A stretch of DNA of 63,941 bases, filler included, from Vannella sp. (Eukaryota): the NCBI GenBank assembly GCA_023345925.1. It is 7 parts of 7 records of this genome, joined end to end, with 100 filler letters (N's around TTAATTAATTAA, not from the genome) between each part and the next. Parts side by side here need not be neighbours in the genome. Positions count along the whole stretch, not along the records: positions 18,639 to 25,195 come from JAJQQN010000022.1; positions 25,296 to 33,375 come from JAJQQN010001063.1; positions 33,476 to 39,884 come from JAJQQN010001222.1; 4 more parts are not named here. One strand, given 5' to 3'. Positions 22,695 to 34,936 of this stretch are shown in pieces. The translations under genes were made by a program, and so were the position numbers. The notes under the pieces are model-generated. The model was not told the DNA's origin. It searched no databases and saw only the letters and a list, made by a program, of their open reading frames with translations. Numbering within the stretch: the first letter of the stretch is position 1; each line of letters opens with the position of its first letter.

Positions 22695-25064
22695 CTAATC
22701 TTCGACCGCCTCGAAGTCTTCATCGCTGAATTCATCCTCGTCTAAGGTGCTCTGGATGAACCCGCTGGGCGGAACAGATGTGGTGACTGTCTTAGAATCT
22801 TCTGGAGCCTGCTCATCGTGGATCTGAGTCTCAAAACCAGAAATATCGAACGGAGCGGGCTCCGCAGGGTTTTGCAGAAGCGCGAGGCGTTGGCGGTCCC
22901 GCTCTAATTGCTCTTGAAGAAGCAGTTGCTGTTGGTTCCACGATTGCTCCAGCTTGCCTTGTTCTACTTCTCGCTGCTTGGCAGATTCAGAAGCGCGTTC
23001 TTTTCGCTTCTTCTCCATCTCCTCAAACTTGGCAGCCTCTTCTTGTTTGCGATGTTGTTCCTCTTGCTCTTGCTGAGCTATGATGTCAATACACAGAGGA
23101 GAGGGCGGGGGAAGATAAGAGGGCTCGGGAGAATCCGGGTCAATGAAGACGGGAGGGAGCGGTTTGGTCTCGCCTAAGAGTTCGAACTCTCCCAGTAAGT
23201 CATCAAACTCTGAAGGGTCTTCTTGCGGCTCCACGTAACCTGTTGGTTTGATGGAACACGTTCTCTTCCAGATCCGCCGCCGGACTCGGCAGAACATGGA
23301 GGATTGGGGCTTCCATTGTCCTGTTTCCCACCCCAGAGCGTATTGCCATCCTGTTTCATCACATTGAGTAGGAGGGGTAGCAAAGAGCCATTTGCTATCC
23401 ACCCAGAACCAATCCGTCCCGGGCAGGGAAATATCTTCCTTGCAAGGCATCAATTGACCTTCTCGGTCTGTCCATATTGGCGTTGTTTGTTGCTGTGACA
23501 AGTAATGAGAAGACCATTCAACCAAAGGGCCACGACGGCTTTGGTTCTCGACCAGAACGAAAGTATCTTGCTCCTTCTTCTTGTCAGATTCCTGGCGCTT
23601 CATGATAGTAAGAAACTGTCTCATTCGCAACCCAAGTACTCCCTCACCTGCGTGAGTGTCACAGACAGTTTGAGCTTGAAAGCAGACTCCTGCATGAAGC
23701 TCCCCCCAGAGATAGAAAAGTGCCAGCGCCCAGGAGACAGACAACCATCAACAGAAAGAGGGTCTCCAACAGTCTGCCACATGTAACTTCCTGCTGGAAG
23801 ACTTGTTAGAGGGGCGATGCTATCCAAAACCATTGATTACCTTGATTCTCCTGTGCCGCTATGCCAGGGATGAACGCATTTGGTTCCTCTCCAAAACGTC
23901 CTGTCAGAATCAATTTCTTTGTGCCCGTGGCTTGAATGGCCAGTTCTGTGATGCGGGTCCCTTCCAGAACATCAAAAAAGATTGCTAAACCCGAGCGATA
24001 GAAGACCCGCCCACTCATGAGAGTGTCAGGCATCAGGCGAATGCGTTTGGGTAAGTTATTCTCTTCTGTTGAAGACGATCTCGAGACAGAGAACTCTGAT
24101 GCACTTAGGAAAGATACATCTACCGATGTCATGGGCGAAAGAGCACGCGGCGAGCATAATAAGATGGGTAAAGACACTTTCAGCTCCTGAGGAATGATGG
24201 CGGCGATATGAACAACTGCTTCCACTTCGTATTGAACCTGAATGAGCCGCCCAAAGGCAGTCAGAGTCTGCGGAGTAGTTTCTAATTGACATTCGATCAA
24301 GCTCTCGCCGTCCATTCGACTTGGAACGGTATGCACTCGGCGCAACACTTGTTGCTTAGTAACGACTGGGGCGACATTCTTTTCCCCAGTTCGGGTTGTG
24401 ATTATCCTGAAGAGGAGTGTGGTAATGTGAGCAACCTTAGAACGATCCTTTCCATCCAGAGAGATTGTCAGAGGGATCATCTCTCCTGTAGGAAAGGCCT
24501 GTTGAGGGGCTGAGAGGGTCATCGTGACATTCCCTCCTGATGCTTCGCTGGTGATTGGGTGGAGCTGAGATTGGAAGGCTTCAACCACACGGAAGAACAA
24601 AGCGTTGCTCATTCTTTCCACTTCCCCCCGAAGAACGGCTCTGGCGTAGAGAAAGTACGAGACTTCAACAGATTGGTTCCCAGCCTGCTCTTTCGTTGTG
24701 GCGATACACAACTGGCGTGGTAGCTCAACAGAGAACTCAAAGCACATGTCTTCCGCTACACAGGTCTCAGAAACACGCTTGCACGGGGTACCAGCGCCAC
24801 ATTACCTGGCAACTCCATTGGCTCCTCTTGCAATGGGACAATGAGCTCGAGAAAGCGATCCTGCAGAGTTGGAAGAGAGTTTGACCGAGATACTTGCTCT
24901 TCACCAACAACATAAAGCTCAAGACGCTCCAACATGGAGGAAGCATCTCCTCGGTCATCCTCCTCCTCCCAGAAGCACCTTACCACCCCTTTGATCGTCT
25001 CCCCAGCCACCACGGGCAAGTAGGTCTCTGCGTCAAATGTGACCGACAGCCCCAAACTCCTCAT
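22695..25064 (-). CDS. Arrestin-fold protein with C-terminal dysferlin (DysF) domain (multi-exon)
   Basis: Arrestin-like VVAGETIKGVV, FEFSVELP, VEVSYFLYA, GRLIQVQYEV; in-frame splicing links to WFWVDSKW...DETGWQYA...RVRRRIWKR (DysF); coiled-coil and acidic tail. Confidence 0.7.
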
Positions 25065-25195
25065 CGCCACAAAATGAGCAGTCCAGCAACCGCCAACCAG
25101 AAAAGAGAAACAAATTCTTAGAAAAAGAATCTTCCACCAACTTTTCCAGTTCCCTCCATTCCATTAAATTGAAATGTTGCTGTTCGTGGTTGTAT

Positions 25196-25295
25196 NNNNN
25201 NNNNNNNNNNNNNNNNNNNNNNNNNNNNNNNNNNNNNNNTTAATTAATTAANNNNNNNNNNNNNNNNNNNNNNNNNNNNNNNNNNNNNNNNNNNN
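25196..25295. other. Artificial contig spacer
   Basis: N-run/TTAATTAATTAA/N-run. Confidence 0.99.
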
Positions 25296-25682
25296 CGAAG
25301 GCTTCCAGGACGGCACAACCGACATCAGCCACGAAAAAGTGCCTCAGCCCAATCAAATTGACTTTTCAGGGTACATTCACATTTCCGCATACCTGGTAGC
25401 CCTGCAACAATCTAACTCAATGGGATCGAGAGAAAGACTCTCCCCGATCCGTTACCGATCATTCCTGTAAACGATCTCAGCTTAGCTGAATGAATCTCGA
25501 TGTTCCAGTCTTCAAAGAAGGGCCAAAGCAAGTTTTTTTTGCTACAGATGCATTAAAGCTTGTGGTTTGGAAGGGAAACTTTTTGGGGAGGGATTTTAAG
25601 GATTTTTGGTGGATTGCCATTTAAGGAAGGGTCAGTTCTTGAGAGGCGGCTGGACTGTTTCTGTTGGGCATCTTTTTGACCG

Positions 25683-26492
25683 ATGGACTCTCTCCATGCG
25701 TACAGAACCGACCATAAGCAGCCTCCATGCCAAGCGCGATTCATACCTGCTTATGGGCCCGACAGCCGTGAGGTCTTCATCCAGTTACTTCCTCTGGTGA
25801 CGTCTGATCAAAAAGGCATCTTCCAAAACGAGGCTTACTTCTCCCGAACTCTTGCAGGCTCAGTGGCGTTACCCATTCACCAGATCTTCGTCACTCCCTC
25901 AATGGAAGGGGTCATCGTTTGTGATAGGGTGGAGAACGACCTCCGTACTCTGATGGCAGCTTCTTCGGATCAGCACTTCTCCGTCCATCGAGGAGCTTTT
26001 CTATTCAAGCGACTGTGTCAACTCGTGGCCAAGCTACACAGCCAACGTATCGCTCACTTGGACTTGAAACCGGAGAACATTCTAGTAGGGTTTGATGGCG
26101 AACTGAGACTGGCAGGGTTTGCGTTCTCTCATCAATGGGACAAAGCATCATCTAAGTATGATGGCTTTCAACCCTCTGTCAGTTCTTGCGAGTTTTCAAG
26201 TCCAGAGAGATTTATGAGCGAAGACTTTGATGTGGCTGCAGCAGATATCTTTGCCCTTGGGGTCCTTTTACACCTAATGATTACCGGATATCTCCCATTC
26301 ACGTCCTCTCCCATGGATCAAAACAACTCATTCCCCTACCAATTGGTTTTAGATCACGCTCGGACGCTTTTAACTCCAAACTGTCTTGATCTTCTCTCTC
26401 GGATGCTCGCTCTTGAACCGTCTTCAAGACCTTCCATTCATCAAGTTCTCAATCACCGATGGCTTAAGAAATACGCTAAATCTTCATTATAG
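25683..26492 (+). CDS. Protein kinase-fold protein, probable pseudokinase (CAMK-like), copy A
   Basis: HLDLKPEN, SSPE and DIFALG present; no Gly-rich loop; VFIQ at the VAIK position; LAGFA at the DFG position; intronless. Confidence 0.88.
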   Translation: MDSLHAYRTDHKQPPCQARFIPAYGPDSREVFIQLLPLVTSDQKGIFQNEAYFSRTLAGSVALPIHQIFVTPSMEGVIVCDRVENDLRTLMAASSDQHFSVHRGAFLFKRLCQLVAKLHSQRIAHLDLKPENILVGFDGELRLAGFAFSHQWDKASSKYDGFQPSVSSCEFSSPERFMSEDFDVAAADIFALGVLLHLMITGYLPFTSSPMDQNNSFPYQLVLDHARTLLTPNCLDLLSRMLALEPSSRPSIHQVLNHRWLKKYAKSSL

Positions 26493-26573
26493 TCCTCTCC
26501 ATCTCTGCTACTCCTCCTTACTGCTGCAGAGTCTTTCCAGTGACCGTCAAACTGAAAGGAACAGGCGGTTGTA

Positions 26574-28892
26574 TTAACGTTTCTCCTTGAAAAGGGTGCG
26601 GAGGCCAATGTAGGCAATCAAGCGATAGGCCACGATCATTCCCCAAAGAATGGCAAAGTCATAAATGATTGTGGTGTTCGTCACATCTGCATAGCCAAGG
26701 ACAGCTAACTCTTGGTTGCCGTTCTCAATGCACTACTATGTATAAGAAGAGAACCTTAAGTCAGTAAACGGAGAACCTACTCGAGTGGCAGTGGTGTTGC
26801 AAGTGAACTGAATGGGTTCTCCCCAGCCATTCAACTCGTTGTAGCAGAGGATTTCAAACCCGTAGTTGAAGAAGGAGATGTAATAAAGCCACTCATAATA
26901 CACCGGAATGTTGTCCTACATCCGTAAGTCAATCTGGTCCCGATGATGTGGCTTGTACCTACCACGTTGACATAGAATCCTCCGAATAGCATGAAAAGAA
27001 CAATGGCCAAAGGACTGAAGATTTGAGCAATAGCCACATTCGGGGAGAGCGATCCAATGGTCAAGAAGAGGGATCCAGCACATGCAGCAAACGTTACGAG
27101 GGTGGCAATGAAGACACCAAAGCACTCAGGATTAGGGTTAAAGCCCACCATGTAGTATGCAATGCATCCAAACACGAGAGGGAACAGGAGAAGAATGGGC
27201 GCTTCCACAAAGGTTTTGGAGAGGAAGTAAGTGGATGTTCGGTAACAACCAGACGCTCTCTCGCGATTGAACAAGTCACGCTCTTGAAGGAAGATGTTCA
27301 AAGACCCAATCATACTGAACGCATTGTTTGTCATCACAAAGAAGAGAGCGCCAACGCGGTCCTGGATACTTCCCTGGTCGTCCCCAATCTGGAAGTAGAT
27401 GGATCCCACCAACAAGGCGATGAATACAGTCTGAATGAGCTGAACGTAGGTGACCATGGGGTTGCGTATGACTTGAATGAAGGTGCGTTTGGCCAGGATT
27501 CTCACTTGGCGAGGGAACGAACTCGCGTACTCCTTCACATCTCCTGTCATTGACACAGGAGAGTCATTCAGTCTCTGGATCTCTCGTTGGATGTCTGCCA
27601 CGGTGTCCTGGTACATGGTAGAATCATGGTAGATCTGAGGGAAGTTCACAAGAGTGCCTTCCTCCTTCGCAATGGCGATTTGGTCATCGTAATCGCCCAG
27701 AAGGTGGTCGTCCTCCACACCATCATCAGGAAGAGCTTTGGGAGGCTTCTTTGCCGCTGCACCGTTGTCCAGGCTGGGAACGACCTTCTTGAGAAGCACT
27801 TTCTCGTTCATGATCGTCACGTCGACTAAGAGCGATGGAGTAAGTCTCTCTAGCGCTTCTCAACTGTGCAACTTACTGAAGTAGTCAGCTGGGTTGATGA
27901 ACTGACCACAGCGGAAGCCAGCGCTTGCAAAGTAGTCTACAGCGTGGCGGGAAGGGCCAAAGTAGACCGTTTTGCCAAGGGAGAGGATCATCAGTTGATC
28001 AAAGAGCTCGTAGATTGTAGATCTGGGCTGATGGATCGTGCTGAGAGAGAGGGAAGGGTAAGTTAGAGTTCAGAAAGGGCAGAGCTTGAGGGACGCACCA
28101 GATGATCGTTCTTCCTCTCTCACAGAGACGGCGAAGGACCTCAATGACCCCTTGAGAGTTGTAGGCGTCGAGACCAGTGGTGGGTTCGTCCAAAAAGAGC
28201 AAGCCCGGGTCGGTAATCAGCTGGGATCCGATGGAGAGGCGTTTCTTCTCTCCTCCTGAGATACCACGAGAGAACTGGGTTCCCACACGAGAGTCTGCCA
28301 CCTTTTGAAGTCCCAGCTCTCGGATCACCTCCTCAACACGGGCTTGGCGGTCCTTAAAGCTCACGGAAGAAGGCAACTTCAAGTCAGCATAGAACTGAAG
28401 GGTCTCTCGCACAGTGTAGTAGCCTGGTAGAGCATCATCTTGGGTAACGTAAGCAGAAAGGCGCTTGAACAGCTTGTTGCGGCTCTTTCCGTTGACTAAG
28501 ATCTCTCCTTTGACCGCTCCAGTGCTCTTTCTGCATCAAAGGTGAGTGCTTTGAACAAGGTCTAGTTGGAGACTTACCGATCAGCCAGAACGTCAAGAAG
28601 GGAGCTCTTTCCAGCTCCTGTAGGAAGGTGAGTGAGATGGCGAAGGGAACGAGCCACTAATAGACTTACCAGTGGAGCCCATGATTGCAAGGAGTTGCCC
28701 TGGCTTGGTGATACCGCTGATACCATTGAGGATGACTTTCCTCTCCTTCTGAGCGTTGGACTGACACTTGCGGGTGGGTACAGCCACTTGATAATGAACA
28801 TCCCTCCAAGACAGAGTGATGGGCACTCGGATGGACCCTTTCAGCCCCGAGTTTGTGTTCATCCGATCCATATTCGGTGTGCCATAAGACAT
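26574..28892 (-). CDS. ABCG (White-family) half transporter (multi-exon)
   Basis: Walker A MGSTGAGKS (split by an intron), ISGGEKKR, LFLDEPTTGLD, NBD-then-TMD order, ERDLFNRERASG. Confidence 0.96.
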
Positions 28893-29296
28893 CCTCTCCC
28901 TCCTCGGCCAACAAAAAGTGTGTTTCCGAGGTCAAGAAAAGTCACGCCTCCCAACTCCGTGAGTTATCTTCCTTCACACGCGCAAGAAGAGACGAGGTTT
29001 TCTGCAAAGTGATCCTCTCCCAGTCCGACGAGCACGATGCCCTTGATTGGTCCTCAAGCAGACAAAAAGGAAAAAAAATGAAATCAGTCCAAAAGCTTAT
29101 CCTGAAGAGATGGAGGTCATCAGGGCAAGCTACGCAAACACGAGTTCTGCCCCTCTCTTCCCCTTCACTCGTGGATTTCTCTCTCTCTGAGCTCCTTGCA
29201 GCAACAGTAGCACACCTGGTACCGGAAGTCTGTTGTCGATTCTGTCCGTCTGCGCGAAAGCGACCAAGGCACAGCACAAATCACTTTTTTCTCGCC

Positions 29297-32200
29297 ATGC
29301 GCTCAAAGTTGGTCCTTTTGGTGGTCGGCTTGGTTCTGTCTGCTCTTTGTGTTACGGCAGCGGTGAACCAGATACCAGACTGGATGGTTGAGTATGGAGT
29401 ACCGGCGGAGTGGGAGGCGCACACGCAGGCGAACTACCGGCTGTGGAGCAAGAGTCTTGTCTCGATCTCTCGTAACCACCAGCCTGGTATGCCCCTTCTC
29501 ATTCCTTCTATCGGTAATGGGTATCTGGCTACCGTTGTGGGGAGTCCTACGGTCTTTATTGGTGGCCTCTTCAGTGGGAAGAATGAGAACGGCATTGAAA
29601 TGACGGCTGCGTCCCATCGCGCTCGTATCCCTGCGTACCTGAACATCAACACCACCCAAGCACTTGTAGACTACACCTCCACCAGTTCTGAAGGCGCCAA
29701 AGTTCACCACCCCGGTGGTTTCGCGATTGACGTTCGCCAAGGAGTCTTCTACGAGCGCCTGTTCGTTCGTAAGTCTCCAGAAGTGAGATCCAGCTTACGA
29801 GAGTCTAATGTGGTGCTGTAGGATCAAACAGAGCGGACAGGACCTCCCCAGCAGCACAGATTGAGCACCGTCGATACGCTCATCGGCGCTTTTCGTCTCT
29901 CATTGTTCACGAGCTGCACATAGACAACTCAGTGGGTATCCCTTGCACTCGATACTAGCTTGATCGTCTTTTCTCACTAATAGAACCTCTAGATTGCGCA
30001 TGAGCCCCGAGATATGCTGATTCCACTACTTGCTAACTCCGGTCCAGCCTCTAGCGATCTCGAAATGGCTCTTCTTGAAGTGGAAGACGACTATACTGTG
30101 TACTCTGGGTCCATCGTGCGCACAGAGGTGAGTGTCCCTTCGTCAAGGAAGCGAATTCGGCACTCACACTGCTGGGTTGCTTAGTTAGACAACAGCCTGC
30201 GGTCCCAAGTTGGAGTGGTCGTTTCAGCTATCCCAACGAACGTCAAGGTCGCTGCTGGAGAGAAGAAGATCCTCACTTTCCTCTTCTCTGCTCGAACGAA
30301 CATTCCGGGTGACAAACGAGGTCCTGAAGAGACTCCGCATGCCGCAGCACTCCGAGAGTTTGAAGCAGCCAAAGCGCTACAAAACTCTCAGCCTGCTCAT
30401 CAAGGCCAGACCCCTTTGATGGAAGCCCACTTGGAGGAATGGGAGAAAGAGATCTGGGGCAAAGGTGACATCGTCATTGAGGGCAATAGCGAGTTGTCCC
30501 AAATAGTCTACAGCAGTCTCTATTGGATTCTGATGTCTGTACGGGCGGACTGGCCTTGGAGTCTATCTCCTGGCTCTTTGGCCTCCAACTCCTACAATGG
30601 GCACAGTTTTTGGGACACGGAGACTTGGATGTACCCTCCTCTGCTGCTGCTCTACCCAGATATCGCAGAGTCATTGCTGCAGTATCGTTTCAACCATCTG
30701 GAAGCGGCCAAAGCAAAGGCAAAGGCTTATAATCACTGTGGACCAAATACTAAGCTCCTCTTCGACTGCATTGTTTGGCCACCAGATCGAGATATGTGGA
30801 TGTCCTGGAATACTGGACAGCAGCAGCAAATGCTCAGAATCATGGAAATAGTCAAGAATGAGTACATTCATCCTTCAGACATGCCCACAGTCCCCTTTAC
30901 GAATGCCTTTAATGCTCCCTCTGAGAACCAGACAGTGCCAGAAGACTTCCAGGGCAATTGCAACTATCGAGGGGCCATGTTCGCTTGGGAAACTGGATTC
31001 ACTGGCGCTGAAGTGTGCCCATGTGTGGCTGGAGGCACTTGCCTTCATGAGCATCACGTGTCTGGAGATGTGGCCTTTGCTGCCTACCAATACTGGCAAC
31101 TGACTCATAATTTGGATTGGCTGGAGAAAGAAGGCTTCCTTCTGGCCTACGAAATCGCTGTATTCTTCGAGAGCCGAGGTAAATAGCCTCTTTTTGGAAC
31201 AAGAGGCATCTAATTTGGCGCCTTAGTGGAGCTTGTGGATGGCTTTTATGTCATTAACAAGGTTATCCCTCCTGATGAGGCTGCAATGGGCCAAGATAAC
31301 TCTGTGTTCACAAACGTCATCGCCGCTTACAGTCTCGAGATTGCGACAGAGTTTGGTCGGATTCTTGGGAAAGACACTCCGAAAGAGTGGCCAGTTATTG
31401 CAGCGTAGGAGACCTTGCCACTTCAAGTGACAGTGTCACTCACCCTTTCATGCAGGCGGATGAAGATTCCGTTTGATAAGCAGCAACAGATCCACTTGGA
31501 GTATGACGGTTACCAGAAGTCAGTCATCAAGCAGGCTGATGTGGTACTCTTGGGATATCCTCTTCTGTATCCAATGAGTGATAAGGTGAGAGAGAGTGAC
31601 TTGGACTTCTACAGTCAAGTCACTAGTGCGTATGGCCCTGCAATGACCTGGTCTGTTACTGCAATTGGATACCTGGAAGTACTTTCTAAGCGACTTGGTG
31701 ACTTTGAGTGTGGTCGGAACACTACAAACGTGACTGAGTTGCACTCATTGGCCCACAAAGCTGCCGAATACTTCCACCTTTCATACCAAAACGCTCAACC
31801 ACCCTACTACATCTGGACTGAAACTCCAAAAGGTGTAAGTAGATTCTCCTACCCACAAGTGGAATCATTCTGAGTGTTCACCTAGGGCGCCTTCAACTTT
31901 GTTACGGGAGCTGGTGGCTTCCTCCAAGGCCTAATGTCTGGATTTGGTGGTATTCGGTTGAGATCTGATGGGTTCTACATTGAATACCCTTTCCTTCCTC
32001 ATCCAACAACAGCTCTGACTCTTAGGAGAGTAAGTTTCCCTTCCTCCTCCACTTACCATGATAACTGAGCTCTTCCAACTTAGTTGAGTTATCTTGGAAA
32101 TGAGTTTGACCTTCAAATTGATGACAGCCGAGTCAGCATTACTTTGCAAGTTTCCAACCCCAATACTCCGTTGTCTGTTGAGCTTCTGTTCTCTTGTATC

Positions 32201-32614
32201 GACGAGCCGACTGTCGCAAGTTCTGAAAAGATCCAACTCGGCCAAGCATTCACTTTCCCTGCCAAGGCCCGCGCTCGTGTTCGCGCTACAACGGAAGCGT
32301 CCCGCCTGACTGAGCATTCTCTTTGGTTTGGTCGTCACACCAATCCTTTGGCCCTCTCTCCCTTGGAAGCTTGGTTTGCCGCTGCCTGTAAATGGCAGAA
32401 CGCTCCCTATTTCTTCGGTCCCATGATCGTTATTCTGGCCCTGGCCCGGATCTTCCGACCGAAAAAGACTGCGGCTAAGGCAAAGGCATCAGTCAAGAAA
32501 GCCCCTGAGCCAAAGCCTGTTGAAACAGTGAAGATAACCTCTCAAAAGAAAAAGACTGGACTCGCAGCACCAGAGACCAACAAGAAGGCAAAGCAGACGA
32601 AGAAGGCAAACTAA
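29297..32614 (+). CDS. Glycoside hydrolase family 65 (PGGHG/acid-trehalase-like); signal peptide, C-terminal TM and Lys-rich tail
   Basis: SIGNGYLAT, SPGSL, YNGHSFWDTETWMYP, GAMFAWE, EHHVSGD, VIPPDE, IKQADV, GPAMTW, NFVTGAGGFLQ. Confidence 0.9.
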
Positions 32615-32665
32615 AGTTGACCTTTGCTTTTCTTGTTTGAGAAATGAGAGAAGGAGAAGGTTGGC

Positions 32666-33375
32666 TTAGGAGGGATAGGAGTTGGCTCGGTGCTTGGGAA
32701 CGAAAGAGAAGTTGGAAGGGACTGGGCCCAGGAGCATCTCACTTATCTTCACCCAATCCTCCACATAAGTGCTGCTGAGAAGATTCTCTCGGTCATTACG
32801 ACCCTCAAATGCAGGCGGGCGCTTCTCATTGTCAATCCACTGTTGAAGAGAAAGAGTGTCCCACACTCACATGATTAATAGCGATTGGGAAGTGTTCGAC
32901 CAAGCCAACAGGCACATAACGGCACAAGAAAGACATCCAATTGAGCAGGAAGTGCCGAATGTTCTCCACACCACGCTGGTCGGACCCCCAATGCTCCAGC
33001 CCAAAATTGACAAAGTCCTGAAGCATGTCGAAGCGCTCAGACCCGGAAATGTCAAAGTCTGCTCGTTCCTTGATCTCTTTAAAGATCCAGGGCTTGATGA
33101 TAGCACCCCGCGCGACCATTACAGCGGAAGCATGGCACTCTTCTTGGAAGTGGACAGCGTCTTGCCAAGAATAAACGTCTCCGTTGGCAATGAACGGTAC
33201 GGATGCCACTGCACCACACTCCTTCATGTACTGTCTATCAGCAAGCTTGGTGTAACGCTGCTCCTTTGATCTGCCATGCAGCTGAAGTAGAAGATGAGCT
33301 GGAGCTCCAACGAAAGGGAGAAACTTACTGTGATCGCAGAAACACCCCATTCTTTCACAAGGGGGGTCAGAGTAT
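32666..33375 (-). CDS. DUS3: tRNA-dihydrouridine(47) synthase Dus3, 3' part (truncated by contig edge)
   Basis: [55 protein letters not shown]. Confidence 0.93.
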
Positions 33376-33475
33376 NNNNNNNNNNNNNNNNNNNNNNNNN
33401 NNNNNNNNNNNNNNNNNNNTTAATTAATTAANNNNNNNNNNNNNNNNNNNNNNNNNNNNNNNNNNNNNNNNNNNN
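33376..33475. other. Artificial contig spacer
   Basis: N-run/TTAATTAATTAA/N-run. Confidence 0.99.
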
Positions 33476-33981
33476 AAAAAAGTTCACTCCAAATAGAATT
33501 TTTCGATTTTGCGCGAAAACGGGGTTCACGCAGCGTGAACGGGGTGAATATGCTTGATACGATCAGACAAGGGAGGATGGTAACTCGGCAATGGACTATT
33601 GGAGCTCTTCACGACTCCATTTTGAGCGGCCCAGTGGGGAACTCTCTCCTTTGTACCATTCAACACTGCCTGTGATTGAAACAACGTGCAGTTGATGCTG
33701 GTGAGGGATTCATCCTTGAGAGAAGTCACGAATCATCCGTGTTTATTCCACCAAGCAGTGGAATTGGATGCCATTCAAGTTTTGCAAATCAGGCGAAATA
33801 AGAGAACAAGATGAGCAAAAATAGGGGCAAAATGAAAGGCCAAAAGAGTCGAAAGATCGCGATCTCGGCGCAATGATTGACGAAAGCGCGAAAACTCGCG
33901 AAGAAGGGAGACTTGGATGGCTTACTGACCCAGAGGAGAGGTTAAAGGCTCCGCTGGGGCTCATCAAAAGTCATTCACACA

Positions 33982-34791
33982 ATGCACTCTCTTGACAAGT
34001 ACAACCTGAAGGGAGATGAAGTCCTCCGCACTGACGGGAACACTCGCCTCTTTGCTGCTCTCCACCCCAGTGGATCACCCGTTACCATTCAAGTTCACAC
34101 ACTCAACACAGCCACGGAGAAGGGAGCCTTCCAGAATGAGGCTTACTTCTCTCGTATCCTCGCTTCTTCCCAAGTTGCGCTCCCCGTCCATGACATCGCC
34201 ATTACTCCGTTACGAACGGGCGCAATCGTCTGCGAACGAGCCAACAAAGACCTTCGACTGATGACAGAAGCTTACTTAGAGCGCCGCTTCCCTGTACGCC
34301 AAGGTGCTTGCGTTTTCAAGAAGCTTTGTCAATTGGTGGACCGAATGCACAGCCAGCGCATCGCTCACTTGGATCTCAAGCCAGAGAACATCCTTGTCGA
34401 TCATTGTGGTCAGCTACGACTCGCTGGCTTCAGCCACTCTCACAAATGGAACGGATCCCGCCAATATGACGGCTTCCTCTCCTCCGTCCGCTCCAAAGAG
34501 TACTCCAGTCCCGAGAGGTTCTTCAGTGATAACTTCGACGTGGTATCAGCTGACGTATTCAGCCTGGGAGTCATCCTTCACTGGATGCTCACTGGATACC
34601 TGCCTTATGCCTCTGGGACCTCAACCGGCACTCTCCCTTATCAGCTGGATCTGGGACACGCTCGAACCCTCTTGAACAGCCACTGCTTCGAGCTCCTTTC
34701 ACGGATGCTCCATCCAGAGCCAACACAACGCCCTTCCCTCCAGCAGGTCTTAGACCACCGTTGGATGCGCCTGTACGCTGTATCTGTATAA
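33982..34791 (+). CDS. Protein kinase-fold protein, probable pseudokinase, copy B
   Basis: Clear paralog of 25683..26492 (FQNEAYFSR, SQRIAHLDLKPENILV); VTIQ and LAGFS at the VAIK and DFG positions; intronless. Confidence 0.88.
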   Translation: MHSLDKYNLKGDEVLRTDGNTRLFAALHPSGSPVTIQVHTLNTATEKGAFQNEAYFSRILASSQVALPVHDIAITPLRTGAIVCERANKDLRLMTEAYLERRFPVRQGACVFKKLCQLVDRMHSQRIAHLDLKPENILVDHCGQLRLAGFSHSHKWNGSRQYDGFLSSVRSKEYSSPERFFSDNFDVVSADVFSLGVILHWMLTGYLPYASGTSTGTLPYQLDLGHARTLLNSHCFELLSRMLHPEPTQRPSLQQVLDHRWMRLYAVSV

Positions 34792-34936
34792 TCTCAGTAT
34801 CCTAAATGTAATATATGTATCTGCCATCCTTCTTAGCATCATTACTTGCCCGAAGAGGACGGCAGGAAGCATTTTAAGAGCATTCCCAGCTCCTTGTAGG
34901 AAGTGACATTAGTGACTTGAGGCCTTTCTGATCGAT

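Noticed and set aside
28853..29296. Long N-terminal extension of the GH65 ORF
   Set aside because: Non-ATG start overlapping the ABCG start; the signal peptide begins at ATG 29297
31174..31227. Hairpin (GCCTCTT...AAGAGGC) in a GH65 intron, suggesting structured or mobile introns
   Set aside because: Not systematic in other introns; no shared intron family except in the LRR gene
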